DNA of 63,320 nucleotides, counting the filler, from Globobulimina sp. (Eukaryota): the NCBI GenBank assembly GCA_003354225.1. It is 51 parts of 51 records of this genome, joined end to end, with 100 filler letters (N's around TTAATTAATTAA, not from the genome) between each part and the next. Parts side by side here need not be neighbours in the genome. Positions count along the whole stretch, not along the records: positions 36,075 to 37,217 come from PIVH01022460.1; positions 37,318 to 38,460 come from PIVH01022461.1; positions 38,561 to 39,703 come from PIVH01022462.1; positions 39,804 to 40,946 come from PIVH01022463.1; positions 41,047 to 42,189 come from PIVH01022464.1; positions 42,290 to 43,432 come from PIVH01022465.1; positions 43,533 to 44,675 come from PIVH01022466.1; positions 44,776 to 45,918 come from PIVH01022467.1; 43 more parts are not named here. One strand, 5' to 3'. Shown here piece after piece: positions 36,171-48,740 of the stretch (positions are counted from its first letter, which is position 1; every line of letters begins with the position of its first letter). The notes beneath the pieces were generated by a model. It saw only the letters and a program-made list of their open reading frames with translations, did no database searches and was not told the origin of the DNA. The translations under genes and the position numbers were made by a program.

Positions 36171-37121
36171 TTAGCCATTCATACATACCCATCGACCAAT
36201 TAATTTAATAATATAAAATGGCAATGGTTGAATATTCATAAAATCAGAACTTGCAAAACATTGATTTACAAAACCAAATACCATCAAATCGTCACCAATA
36301 TCATCTCTTATAATTGTTGCTCTGCAGTAAGATCCTGTAAAAGGGCGTTTTATCGCCGATTTAATGAAAGTTTTACTTTTAACATTAAATATAAAAATCG
36401 ATATAGAAGCAGGATATGGCCATCCTCCTAAAACAACCAAATATTTTTCATTTTTAGTACAAACAATTGATGAGAATCTAAAACGAGGAATTGATTTACA
36501 TTTATATTTATTCCATTTATTATTACAAGTTTGAAATTCATGCATTTCTGAATTGTTTCTATCAAATAATATCATTGTTTTCTTTGATTTTAAATGTAAA
36601 GCATTACCAAGAAAGACTAGATAATTAATGTTAAATTGATGTATTTCATTGAATGATTTTGTGTTTTTGTCAAATGTAAAATGTTTATTGCCAATTATTA
36701 AATGAATAATGCCATTGATACAAATAATGTTAGAACCAAGTACGTTATTTTCGAGATACGCCAATATTTTGGGAATTTTTGAATTTAAATCATATTCTAA
36801 CAATTGATGTCTATTAACAACATATATCAATTGGTTTAATTCATCGAATGTTGCTATTTGTCTTGAATTGAACGGGTTAACGTTATCATAACTAATGATT
36901 TTACTCCATTTATTAGCATTTACATTATATTTATATACACCCTGTGATGAAAGAACCACAAGTTCTGTATTGTTAATAAGTGGAAACATTTGTTTTGCTT
37001 TGTTGAGGTTAACTTGCAGGTTTTTGCAGTTCTTCATGTCGGCTTCTTGTCCAGAGCCACCAATTCCATCTTCATTCAATTTATTACATGCATTTATTAG
37101 AAATAATATTGTATTAAACAA
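36171..37121 (-). CDS. Kelch-like/beta-propeller protein with C-terminal VFGFV...LPFYIIKLI motif
   Basis: YKYNVNANKW, IHLIIG, YLVVLGG, IFIFNVKS repeats. Confidence 0.65.
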   Translation of the reverse strand: MFNTILFLINACNKLNEDGIGGSGQEADMKNCKNLQVNLNKAKQMFPLINNTELVVLSSQGVYKYNVNANKWSKIISYDNVNPFNSRQIATFDELNQLIYVVNRHQLLEYDLNSKIPKILAYLENNVLGSNIICINGIIHLIIGNKHFTFDKNTKSFNEIHQFNINYLVFLGNALHLKSKKTMILFDRNNSEMHEFQTCNNKWNKYKCKSIPRFRFSSIVCTKNEKYLVVLGGWPYPASISIFIFNVKSKTFIKSAIKRPFTGSYCRATIIRDDIGDDLMVFGFVNQCFASSDFMNIQPLPFYIIKLIGRWVCMNG

Positions 37122-37404
37122 AAACTTTTGGATTTGTATGGGAATCTATAATATTACTTTTTATTCAGCATTTAAAATATTTGATGACATTTATTATCCA
37201 AAATTACATAAGAGAGCNNNNNNNNNNNNNNNNNNNNNNNNNNNNNNNNNNNNNNNNNNNNTTAATTAATTAANNNNNNNNNNNNNNNNNNNNNNNNNNN
37301 NNNNNNNNNNNNNNNNNATCCCAGTATTCGGTTCCTCTTTTCAATATTCACATAGTGGATGGTTTTGGTGGTTATTTGCAATAATGTGTCATTTTGGTGA
37401 ATTA

Positions 37405-38460
37405 CTAATTGTTGTATTGTGGATATGGCATTCTGTGAATTACTAATTGTTGTATTGTGCGAAACAATTGTTTACATATTGTATTCTCAATAAATGTATT
37501 TATAACATTTACATCTATAAAAATATAAACACGTTTCAGCTGTGTTTCTTTCATTTTTTTCAAAAAATCCACATCATTCGGATAATACAACTTCACTGAT
37601 TGCAATTTTCGATATGTTGTATTTGCTGGAATTACTGCCGGATAGTCAACTGTGAGTGATTCTATTTCATTATGTAATGCTGCAATAATATTACCTGCAA
37701 ACATTGCGTTCTTTGGGTCAGAAATCCATAATCGTGTTACAAATGGAAACCATTTTTTTATTTCAGTTCTTTCAATTAAATTTGAATTATTCCCGGTGCT
37801 TAATTCAATGTGGTCAATGATCAAAGTTTGAATTTGTGTAAATTCTAAGTTTGCTGCTAAAGCTTTAACTAATTCTGGTGTAAAATGACAAAGGATCAAT
37901 GTTGTAATGGTATTGTAATTAATTAAATGTTGATTAGCAAATGATAATGTTTCATTTGTATTGGTATTAAATAATTGCAATGTATGCAATGAATTATTAT
38001 TAGACCATGTTCGCTTATTTGATGCTGATAAAGCATTAAAATCCTTGGCATTCATTGATAATTTGGCAATATTTCTAAATGCATTCAAATGCGTGGATTC
38101 ATACATATTTGCAACAGTAGCAAACCTTAAGTCTAATTCCGATATTTTAGGAAATGCAAAACATGCAATATATGTTTTTCTGTTGCATTCAGCCAATCGA
38201 AAATATTCTTTATAATGTAAATACGATCCACATTCACTAATTAGTTCTGATGGCAATGCATCAATGCAATCATAAGGCAATATTTGTTGATTTTCTTCTC
38301 TTTTGGTAATAATACCGGATTGAATGTTTGTAACTGTTGATATTTGGCTGGGAGTAGTTTTAAAATGATTAAATAATAATTTTGTGATTAATTCTCTTCC
38401 AACAGATTTAGTAAATTGATTAAAAAATTCATCATCAGTTAATTGCGTGTCTAAATGTCG
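37405..38460 (-). CDS. F-box-like + LRR-like protein, 5'-partial
   Basis: IDALPSELISECGSYLHYKEYFRLAECNRKTY, then LHTLQL/ITTLIL/IQTLII/VTRLWI/IESLTV repeats. The frame is open to the contig edge. Confidence 0.7.
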   Translation of the reverse strand, partial: RHLDTQLTDDEFFNQFTKSVGRELITKLLFNHFKTTPSQISTVTNIQSGIITKREENQQILPYDCIDALPSELISECGSYLHYKEYFRLAECNRKTYIACFAFPKISELDLRFATVANMYESTHLNAFRNIAKLSMNAKDFNALSASNKRTWSNNNSLHTLQLFNTNTNETLSFANQHLINYNTITTLILCHFTPELVKALAANLEFTQIQTLIIDHIELSTGNNSNLIERTEIKKWFPFVTRLWISDPKNAMFAGNIIAALHNEIESLTVDYPAVIPANTTYRKLQSVKLYYPNDVDFLKKMKETQLKRVYIFIDVNVINTFIENTICKQLFRTIQQLVIHRMPYPQYNN

Positions 38461-38694
38461 NNNNNNNNNNNNNNNNNNNNNNNNNNNNNNNNNNNNNNNN
38501 NNNNTTAATTAATTAANNNNNNNNNNNNNNNNNNNNNNNNNNNNNNNNNNNNNNNNNNNNTTTCAATTTTTAACTTGTCTTTTTTCTCTTGCAATAGAAC
38601 ATTCTAAACATCAAATTATTGCAATGTAATCTAGAATATTCTAAAAGACAAATTATGGTTCGCACTAGACGAACGACATATTTTTTCTTGCACG

Positions 38695-39703
38695 TCAATA
38701 CATTTTTTTTTTTGTGATTTTTTTGCTTTTTTTACACTTTTTAAATTGTATTTTTTTTTTACTTGGCGCTTTCCACCACATATGGTGGAAATAAACATGT
38801 ACACATTCACCTTTTTTAAACTGCTGAACATATTTGCTATATAGCGCACTCAATTGTTGATATCTTGTTAATATGTCCAAATATGTGGTTTGCTTCATAT
38901 TATTATCATTAACGTTTTTATTTTTTTTCCGTTTCTGTATCTCCGCACTTTTATTTTGAGCTTTATCCATCATAAGTCTCGCAAAGTATAATTTATGTAA
39001 ACACACAGGACATAAATATAACGGTGCTCCATCAGATTCAATCAAATGGTTTGCTCCATTCATACAACATTCAAAATATACACAATGGCCCAATCCAAAA
39101 AGATGCCCAATTTCATGTAATAATACACCTAAACATCGTCGTATGAATAATATTTGTTCCTTTCCATTTAATATTCTATAAAACCATTGTTCGTCATCAG
39201 CTGTTATATGTCCATCGATCATTGCTTTTAAATTTTTTAGTTTATTCGCTTGTTCTTTGTGTTTAATTCTTTTTAATTGCACTAATTTATAAAAACCAGG
39301 CAAATATCTCGCAAATGAGAATATTCCAACCATGTCATTTATGGAAGCCTGACCAAATACAAAATTCCAACTGTCGTCGGGATATAAATCAATAATACTT
39401 ATTCCCATCAAACAGCGTAGATTCGTATGATTTCTTTTAATATTTTTTAATTGGTATTTAATGGATGTTGTTTGTAATTGGTTGTTGTTACTTGATGAGT
39501 TATAGCGGGATGCAATGTTTTTGGATGACATTGATTTAAGAATTTCAATGTTTATTCCAAAGTAATAAACTTGGGTTATTTCTGACAATATATCAAATAA
39601 AGGATATAACTGTTTTGTTAAATAAATATTAAAAGAACCACAAGTTATCAAACCGATGCTGTTCTTGTTTGGATTTGATAACATTGAGTATATTTTTGTT
39701 TTT
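38695..39703 (-). CDS. Archaemetzincin (peptidase M54, AMZ-like)
   Basis: DLYPDDSWNFVFGQAS, GIFSFARY, HEIGHLFGLGHC, CCMNGANH..E.D..PLYLCPVCLHKL. Confidence 0.92.
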
Positions 39704-39803
39704 NNNNNNNNNNNNNNNNNNNNNNNNNNNNNNNNNNNNNNNNNNNNTTAATTAATTAANNNNNNNNNNNNNNNNNNNNNNNNNNNNNNNNNNNNNNNNN
39801 NNN

Positions 39804-40380
39804 CCACATAGCCAATTTTGTCAACAGATTCATTTTGTAATAAAGCGCCGCATCCTTCGCATTTATCACCCACACAAAATATTCGTTTTTTAGTAATAAT
39901 TGGTCGATCTAACGCATCCAAAATATTTTCTTGGTATTTTATTATTTTAGTTTTCCTTCTTTTCAACCCCGGGATTATTCGGCTTTGATGCAAATGTTTG
40001 TTATCATTGAAATTGTTATTTATTTTATTGTTTATATTCAAACTATCTCTTGAATCTAAATGTTGTTCAATGTCATCTTCTCTCTCATCCATTTGTGTGG
40101 TTGTTATAGTTGTGTCTTTCAATGCGTTTTTGGGTAACTTAATTTTAGTTATTTTACGGATGTGCGGTGGTGTTAGTTGTTGTTGTTGTGGATGGATTAT
40201 AGAGTCTGGATCATATAAAGGATCGATTGATGTCCCAGTGGCAGCTCGGAATGGTGAGGATGTGTGTTCATCTTTTACTGATTTCATGCTTGTACTTAAT
40301 TGATTGAAATTTCTGAACCAAAAAAATAACGAATTTGATACATGGCGGTTTGTTGCTTTACACTTTGTCACAGCACGCAT
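39804..40380 (-). CDS. NOA1/YqeH-like GTPase N-terminus with putative mitochondrial presequence, 3'-partial
   Basis: KCEGCGALLQNESVDKIGYV zinc-finger start. Basic, acid-free N-terminus MRAVTKCKATNRH. Confidence 0.65.
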
Positions 40381-40449
40381 GATTGGACTAACTATGCAAA
40401 GCAAGTGGGTAAAATTTTCGTTTCTACTGTGAATTGGAAACAATATTAC

Positions 40450-40946
40450 ATGAACCACTTGCGAAAGAAAGCATGGGCAGTGGGCGGAATAACATTGGCC
40501 TCAATCTTCGGATACCAATATGTTAACGATCATTACAGAAAGAAACGCATTCCTCACATTGTCATTGTTGGTGGTGGCATTATGGGCAGTTGGTCCGCAC
40601 ATTTACTATCTCAAGCAATCTACCAATATCCATACCATATAACTCTAATTGACGCAGGACATCCAATTCGAGGCTCATGGGGTGATTCTCGAGCACTGCA
40701 TGCTGCCATAGATTGTGATCTCAAACTTAAACTAAATAAAATAAATCTCAATGAATATATGGGATTGCAACAAGAATCCGAAGCAGAAGCATCAAATATT
40801 TGTTTAGTCAAAAAAGTTGGTCGAATATTTATAGGCCCTACAAACGCCATGGAAAACATGCATAATGTAATACAATCCAATGATATCCCGGTTAGATTCG
40901 TTGAATCAGGAAATGATGCTCAATTACAACAGGAATTAAAAGAAAT
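40450..40946 (+). CDS. FAD-dependent oxidoreductase (sarcosine/pipecolate oxidase-like), 3'-partial
   Basis: IVIVGGGIMGSWSA Rossmann motif, ITLIDAG, GSWGDSR. Confidence 0.8.
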
Positions 40947-41046
40947 NNNNNNNNNNNNNNNNNNNNNNNNNNNNNNNNNNNNNNNNNNNNTTAATTAATT
41001 AANNNNNNNNNNNNNNNNNNNNNNNNNNNNNNNNNNNNNNNNNNNN

Positions 41047-42189
41047 GTACCTCTCAATTTTTCCAAACGTGCAAGCCTTTTACGCCGTATGACTGGTGGT
41101 TTATCGATATCTATTTTATGCAACATGTCATGTGGCTGTAACGATTTATTTTCGACTGTACATGATGACTCAATGCTGCTTTGACTATTTTCGACGACTT
41201 TAACAAATGTTTCGGACGAGTTTGCATTTTTAATTTTCTCTTCAGCCGAGAGTCCTCCCACAACGAAATGTTCAACTTCAGTGACACTAAGGAATACTGT
41301 ATCTTTATAAATTGTATCACTTTCATGTTCACATACATTTGAGTCTGTACTTTCGACTGTTGCTTCTATATTTGACATGACTGAATCTACATTTTTCTCT
41401 TTATTTATTGCTGGACTGTCCGAAATGTCGTTTGATTTATCATTATTTTCATCTTTGTGCGCTTTAATATCATCTAATGTATGTGTGGCTTTGTCTTTGA
41501 CTGGAATAATTATAGACGAATCGTAATTTACATGTATTTGTGTCTCTTGGGGTGTCCGTCCGCCGTTATTCCCCATTTCTATCTTTTCTATTTTACTGAT
41601 CGGGGTGCCTTGAAGAAAACTGTTCTCCCCTTCTTCGTCAACGACTTTAGTTTCGAACGGAACATTATTAGACACGACGTTACGACTTATCGTTTTATGC
41701 AAACATGTGTACTTTATCTGTTTTCGTATTACTTTCATTTGTTGCATATGTCTCTGCTCCTTCTTTTCGTTTTGTCGTTTCTGCGCTTGTAAACTATTTT
41801 CATTTTGTATTTTTATTTCTTCAAACTGTCTTTGCATCTGTACACATATTGATTCTGTAGATTCACGTTGCAACTGTATCTGTGAGTCTAATTGATCGCG
41901 TAAGATTTGTCTTTGAACTTGTGCTTCTGTACGTTGTGACTCTAATTGCTCACATAATATCTGTACTTGGGCACGTGCTTCTATTCGCTGTACATCTAAC
42001 TTTTTCTGCGAATCTTGTCGTTGCAATTCTAACTGTTCTTTTATGTTCTGAATCTGTGCATTCGAAGTTATTTCTTGCATTTGCAGCTGCGACTGCATCT
42101 TTTCAAACATAGAATGAACTTGGTTTACAATAGGAGTAACAATGTCTGTTTCAAATGTATTACATGCTGCACTATTGTCACCTTTATTT
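41047..42189 (-). CDS. Hypothetical Q/E-rich coiled-coil protein fragment
   Basis: Long ORF with heptad-like repeats QILCEQLESQR/QILRDQLDSQI. Confidence 0.6.
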
Positions 42190-43252
42190 NNNNNNNNNNN
42201 NNNNNNNNNNNNNNNNNNNNNNNNNNNNNNNNNTTAATTAATTAANNNNNNNNNNNNNNNNNNNNNNNNNNNNNNNNNNNNNNNNNNNNTATAACAACGT
42301 GCAACCCTTCACAACGAACACATAATCCTCCACAACGAACACATTTGCGTTGTGTTAATTGTGTTTGTATGTGTGTTAATTGTGTTTGTGTGTGGTAATG
42401 AAATGAATGTAATCCATTTTTTAATGTGTTTGTTAACATCGTTTGCAGATCAAATCATGTAATGTAATGAATCAAAGCAATGCAATGATGGGATTTCTCG
42501 CGGGGTCAACAAAAATTATCACAACAAATATTTTCTGACTAATTTTTGTGCGTAGAATTTAATGGTGACAATGATTTTGACAGTGAAATCATCTCAATAA
42601 GCAAAACGGCACTTTTTGGCCATTTTCGAACAGTTTTTTTAGAGTCTACTTCACTTCAGCTCACAGTTAACTCCGATTTCCCTTATCAATGGGTCCATTG
42701 CATCAGATTCCTTTATGCGCCAATATCCCCTCATTTTTGCGCACATTTCACATATTTCATTTTGGTCGTATGTTATGCATATTTTGTCTGTGGCATCAAA
42801 TCCCGACCCGTTGCTTATGTTTTGCAGTACATAACAATACTAATATGAGGCATAGGATGGCAATTTCATAAGCGATTGTTGTATTGCTGGTTTGTTTTGG
42901 GTTTGTTGCAAAACATTCGCAGTTGTGACACTCATGGCTCCAGCTTCCTTTCAATAAATCCGTCACGTTTTTATCCTTTCACATAAAATCCAAATTCCGA
43001 TGATACAAAGCCAACACTAGTGAGTGCTGATATTCCTTTCACATTTGCAAAATATGGTAAGTTATCGTATTTTTGAATATTGGATGTAATTGGTTTGCTT
43101 TTGATGGTACTCTGCTGAGATTTGGATGTCTCCTCAGACAGCTCTTCATGATCGGAAATGATGCTTGATACAATGCATAGATTCATTACAGTAAATGGCA
43201 TTTTTTGTGCTGTTTAGCATTGTGACTTGTTCGGGTGATGAAATCATGTGTT

Positions 43253-43323
43253 CAACCAATTGTTTAATGTGATTTATCAAACTCACTTTGTCACCAAACT
43301 CAGTAACACCAAATCGATGCAAA
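43253..43323 (-). pseudogene. SAM-domain-like C-terminal fragment in a disrupted context
   Basis: LHRFGVTEFGDKVSLINHIKQLV resembles SAM helices 4-5. Flanking frames are interrupted. Confidence 0.35.
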
Positions 43324-43532
43324 AAAATCAGTGACTGTGCCAGTGGAAGATAGTGAAAAAGAGAGGTAATGTTGAATGGACATTAACCAATAAAAGCATA
43401 TGAATCAAATAAATGTAATGATGGCATTGAAANNNNNNNNNNNNNNNNNNNNNNNNNNNNNNNNNNNNNNNNNNNNTTAATTAATTAANNNNNNNNNNNN
43501 NNNNNNNNNNNNNNNNNNNNNNNNNNNNNNNN

Positions 43533-44673
43533 ATTGAATAATCAGGCATTGACATTGTTGCACCTTGACTAATACCACATTTTTGTTGTACGCAACCAAC
43601 TTTCTTTCTATTTACATGTACTAATAAGTAATTGTTGTTTTCCACGTCTTTTTTAATTTTATATATTCTTCTATCTATACCTGGTTGTTCGTGATATGAT
43701 TGATTCCTAAGAACAACAGGCATAGCTCTGTCAAATGCTTTATCAAAGTCGATTAATCCAATTGCGATGGGTTTATGTAATTCGACATTGATTTCAATTG
43801 TTAATCTAAATGAAAGTAGTTGTACTAATGTGCCTTTTTCACAGTGCTGTATTTGCGGTACATCCTTTCCTTCATTTACTATGTCAGTTATAAATGCTTC
43901 CAACAGCGCCCGATCCTTTGCCACTGCTCTAATACATCTATATTCACATTTTTTCTTTTTCAATGTTACTAATTTCGATATTTTCATTTTTTGTGGTATC
44001 GCGCCGTGATTTAGTATTAAATATAATATTATTGAATCGCATTCATCATCCAATAATTTCGAAATATTCCAATTTAATATATCTAAGCCGCTTGATTTAT
44101 TTATTTTTTTGTTTTTCTTATATTTTTCAACAAATAAAGCACATTCATCGATTTCAAATTTCTTACAATTATGAAATTGTTCTTCGTCTTCTTGCTCAAT
44201 ACGTTGATCTTCCAATTCGTAGAATATTTTTAGACGGGGGTCAATTATTGCATTCTTGTTGTATAATATACCAATTTGTTTTAATATTTCCTGCGCTTTG
44301 ATTGGGAGGTTATAAATTTGCTGATCATCAATAATAACACCTCCATCGTCTTTAGCTTTATTTTTCATAGCAGTCCAATATTTATGGTCATTGCGAGCTA
44401 CCGATTCATTAATTGATGTTATTTCTTTTTCAATTTGAGCTTCGTATTGGTTTTGCAAGATTTGATCTATTTCCTTTGTTATTTGTTTACATTGCAGGCT
44501 TATTTGATCATCGTCATTGTTTTGCTCGCTATTATTCAATAATTGGATTAATTCATTTTGTTTAGATTGGATATCCTCATTTAATTTCTGCCCTTTCCTT
44601 CTTTTTATATACTTTATTTCTACGCATTCATAATATAATAATATATCATTTATAATGAAATTACGCGTATCAT
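43533..44673 (-). mobile_element. Non-LTR (LINE-type) retrotransposon ORF, reverse transcriptase domains 0-4, internal fragment
   Basis: KSSGLD (domain 0), IPQKMKISKLVTLKK..YRCI, IDFDKAFD, GISQGATMS. The frame is open across the contig. Confidence 0.88.
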
Positions 44674-44775
44674 ACNNNNNNNNNNNNNNNNNNNNNNNNN
44701 NNNNNNNNNNNNNNNNNNNTTAATTAATTAANNNNNNNNNNNNNNNNNNNNNNNNNNNNNNNNNNNNNNNNNNNN

Positions 44776-45918
44776 CATAAACGAGACAGTATCAAAAATG
44801 TCAAGCTAGGCCAGACCACAATGCATATGCATCCCTATCGGGTATACAACGAACATGAGTACGAACACTGTAATTTATTGGAGAAACCCGCAAACAGTAT
44901 AAAATCGATAGGCTCTGCCATCAGCATCGAAACCGAACACAGTATCTCTCGTTCACTTGGCGCCAATGAAGAATATGAAGCGATTCCACAAAATTACGGC
45001 AATTATAATCCCAGCAAGTTGACCACTGCGCACACCAACAACTCTAAAAAAGACAAATTAAAAGACATACGCATCAAATTAACGCCGACCACCTCGACAC
45101 CGATCAAAAACTCTCCAAATCACTCGCATACCAACTCGCATAATAACGTAACATGGCAGACGTATATTGGACATTTTGTGTTTCACGAACATGACCGTGG
45201 CCATTCATTGTACCATTCCTTCAAAAAGATTGGAGAAGGAGTGTTCGCGCGCGTTTATAAAACGGTGCGGAAGGAACCGCAACGCACTGTGGCTTTGAAA
45301 GTCTTTCCCGTTACGTCTTTATTTAATTCGTTTCTTATACAGTTTTATACGTTTTCTGTTATAACAGAAGAAGAACTTGCATGCAGAGGGCTCGTTTGCC
45401 AATGAACTGATGCTATTACATAACGTCTCGCATCCAAATATCGTGAAATTGTATGACGCGCACGTCGATCCCAAGTATTTCTACTTGGAAATGGAAGTCT
45501 GTCGCGGTGGCGATATATTTAGTTTAGTAACTTTAGTTTCACTGTATACAAATAACGGGGCAAATACTCCGAGAATTACATACTTTTTGTTTAATTAAAT
45601 TATTATTCGTCCATGTTTTTGCAATTTGTAGTTTGGACATCTCATTTTATATACGTTTATCTTATCATATGTACACAGAGCATATCTCTCGCAAAGGCCG
45701 CATCGAAGAGAGGCATACTCGACAGATCATCTATAAAATTGTGGACGCCATTCGTTGTTTCCATGAACACGATTTCGTGCATCGGGACCTCAAACCAGAA
45801 AATATTGTTTTTGTGCATCAAAATGATATTTCTGACATTCGTTTGATCGATTTTGGAGAGTCCATACGGGTGGAACCGCAGTCCTGTTATAACGAATTCG
45901 GTATGCAATTATTATATC
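44776..45918 (+). CDS. CAMK/CDPK-type Ser/Thr protein kinase with at least three introns, partial
   Basis: IGEGVFARVY, VALK, HPNIVKLYD, MEVCRGGDIF, HRDLKPEN, IRLIDFG. Confidence 0.92.
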
Positions 45919-46051
45919 NNNNNNNNNNNNNNNNNNNNNNNNNNNNNNNNNNNNNNNNNNNNTTAATTAATTAANNNNNNNNNNNNNNNNNNNNNNNNNN
46001 NNNNNNNNNNNNNNNNNNAAAAAAATTCACCGTAAAATAAAGATATTATTC

Positions 46052-46711
46052 TTATAACAGGGGATCATAAAAAAATTTAAAAAGTTTAAGATGACGCTTT
46101 GATTTCAAATGTAGTTTTAAATGGCTGTTTTGCCGGAATTGTTTGTTACACAGTTTACATTCAAAGGGTTTAATGCCACTATGTGTATCTAAATGCGTTT
46201 TGAGATTGCCTTTTTGTGAAAATCTTTTATTGCAATTTTCAAATTTGCATTGATATGGCTTTTCTTTGGAATGTACTCGAATATGTTGGATTAATAGTGA
46301 TTTTTTAGCAAAATATTTTTTACAAAAAGAACATTGATGTTTCTTGTTTGTATGATTAGTATTGGCAGCCACCAATTTTGTCTTTGTTGCTGGTAGGTTA
46401 TCACCACCATGGCCGGCGCCATAATCATTATCTTGCAGTGGAATACATGGTTTATTATCAGAGTGTTGTGCGCGCGTTTCAATATTATCGGGTTTCGAAT
46501 CATGGCAAGAAAAACTAACTGATGCAGCCTACATAGATTGGCCAAACAAAAAAAAGAGACAGTTTCTTCAATTTGTGAAATTGTATATCATTTTCAATGT
46601 ATACTAAACTGAATGTAAATTTGAATGCGAAACTTCTTCATTGGAAAGCAATACAGGATAACACAGAGCTTGATCATTGTTATTCGTATTCATTTGCGGA
46701 ACCAAATTGTT

Positions 46712-46747
<36 letters not shown>

Positions 46748-47161
46748 TGGAGCGGGTGGAACACCCACATTGTTATTATTATTCATATCCATTTGCATAT
46801 TTTGAATAATTTGAGGTGGATTCATATTTATCTGACTCAGGTTATTTATAATATTTTGTATGTTATTCATATTCCGCGTATTCCTTTTTTGCACATTATC
46901 ATTAAAATGCATGTGTTGAATATTATGCGTAAGTAATCGTTGCATATTATTCACATTCCTTCGTTGCAATTCACTCTCATTTCTTACATTTCTTATAATA
47001 TTTCCATTGTTGTGTGAATGGGATGGAGCAACAAATGCATTCCCATTTCTATGTGCCGTGGTTTGCAGTCTCTGGCTGTTATTTGTGTTGGATGGTAGTG
47101 GATGTTGTTGGTGTGTCTGGGCAAATGAATGAGTGGCATTCGTAGTGGTACCATTACTTTG
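46052..47161 (-). CDS. C2H2 zinc-finger transcription factor with Asn/Gln-rich region, one probable intron, 5'-partial
   Basis: Three C2H2 fingers with HSKEKPY and HSGIKPF linkers. Confidence 0.9.
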
Positions 47162-47261
47162 NNNNNNNNNNNNNNNNNNNNNNNNNNNNNNNNNNNNNNN
47201 NNNNNTTAATTAATTAANNNNNNNNNNNNNNNNNNNNNNNNNNNNNNNNNNNNNNNNNNNN

Positions 47262-48153
47262 CAAAACTTTTTAACATATTTTCATTCCATAAATACTGAA
47301 TAATATTATTATACACAGAGATATTTGCATCGACAAAACACGACTCATATTCTTTAGTTATAGTATCGGACAAAGACACCGCAAAATTGATATTTGCATT
47401 GAAAAATGCTTCTGTTGCTTTTTCGCAATTTCCTGTTTTTTTATACAACGTAACCAACCATCGATAGCTTTCTTTGTTTGCTGTGACTGCATTTTGATTA
47501 TAACTCATGTTCATATCTTTAAAAACAAATTCCGCCATCATCTCTTTCATTCCATTTGCCATTGTTCCTGACTTTATTATTGATTCTAAAATGAGATTAA
47601 ATGTGTTAATGTCCGGAAGCAAATTACTGCCCTCTGATTTCATCCAAATTAAATACCGCCAAAATTCTGTATGTACGCCAGAAGCAGCGGGACCTTGGAA
47701 ATAAAGTTTAAACAAAGTGTGCCATACTTTTACGTCCATAGTGTGTATTTCCATTTTAATATTTTGACACATCAGCGAACGTATTACATCTGTTAAACTA
47801 GCAAACAACCCCAAATCTGAACATTTTAGTAATACTAATTGATATAAATAAAATATGTGTTGCTGCGGCATGTGATCATAACTATTAATGGTATTTGCCA
47901 GTGTATCGACAAATCGGTATAATTGGTAAGTATCAGAAATAGCGTAAATCTCAGATGTGAGTTTGTTTGTATAAGAGTCGATGTTATTTACTCCGAATTG
48001 AATGAGTGGGGAGTCATATGCATAGTAATTGGATGATGGTAATGATGTTGCTGAGTCAGGTAATTTGTATTGTTCATATGATGTATTGATGGTTGATGGC
48101 GTAGTGGCACTATTGATTGCTGGCGTAGTGGCAATATTGATTGCTGGCGGCAT
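47262..48153 (-). CDS. PPR-like repeat protein fragment (eukaryotic half of a chimeric contig)
   Basis: DVKVWHTLF, MKSEG..PDINTFNLIL, ANKESYRWLV, ANISVYNNII PPR-like motifs. Confidence 0.65.
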
Positions 48154-48404
48154 ATTTCTATATATAACCGATCTTGCAAAAGACTTGCCGGATTATGAGG
48201 TGCTTAACGCCTATGAGCCTCCGGTGACCACCCGCATGTATGCATCAGATGGTTCGCTAATGGCCGAATATGCCAAGGAACGACGCGTTTTTGTCCCGAT
48301 TGGTGCGATGCCTCGCCGCGTTAAGCAGGCATTTATCCCGGCTGAGGATCAGAATTTTTACAGTCACTATGGTGTCGACTTTATCGCATTGGCGCGTGCG
48401 GTGG
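48121..48404 (+). CDS. mrcA: Bacterial penicillin-binding protein 1A N-terminal fragment (Alphaproteobacteria-like)
   Basis: KDLPDYEVLNAYEPPVTTRMYASDGSLMAEYAKERRVFVPI...AFIPAEDQNFYSHYGVD (transglycosylase motif 1). Abrupt rise in GC. Confidence 0.88.
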
Positions 48405-48505
48405 NNNNNNNNNNNNNNNNNNNNNNNNNNNNNNNNNNNNNNNNNNNNTTAATTAATTAANNNNNNNNNNNNNNNNNNNNNNNNNNNNNNNNNNNNNNNN
48501 NNNNT

Positions 48506-48740
48506 TATAATAAACGCGTATGGCAGACTAATAATTATAATAATAACAAGCAAAGGAAAGCAGCTGCATGGTCGTGTAATGTATGTACATTTGTCAATGA
48601 TGTACAATATGGCAAATGTTTAAGGTGTGGTGAAGAAAAATGGGGAAATCTATTCCCAGACCCAATGAGAATGAGCAATCCATATTTAAGACATGGTGGA
48701 AGGATAAATATGCCTCCTCCAATAACACAATACAATATGC
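48506..48740 (+). CDS. RanBP2-type zinc finger protein fragment (absent from the ORF track)
   Basis: WSCNVCTFVNDVQYGKCLRC at 48569-48628 fits W-x-C-x2-C-x3-N-x6-C-x2-C exactly. Confidence 0.8.

Noticed and set aside
43533-44673. RT as a retron, DGR or group II intron/defence RT
   Set aside because: Domain 0 KSSGLD, IP..K.S....KK..YR and DFDKAFD are non-LTR retrotransposon signatures, and there is no bacterial context.
46715-46745. (ATT)n microsatellite and other poly-Asn/poly-Glu tracts
   Set aside because: Ordinary low-complexity coding tracts in an AT-rich eukaryote.
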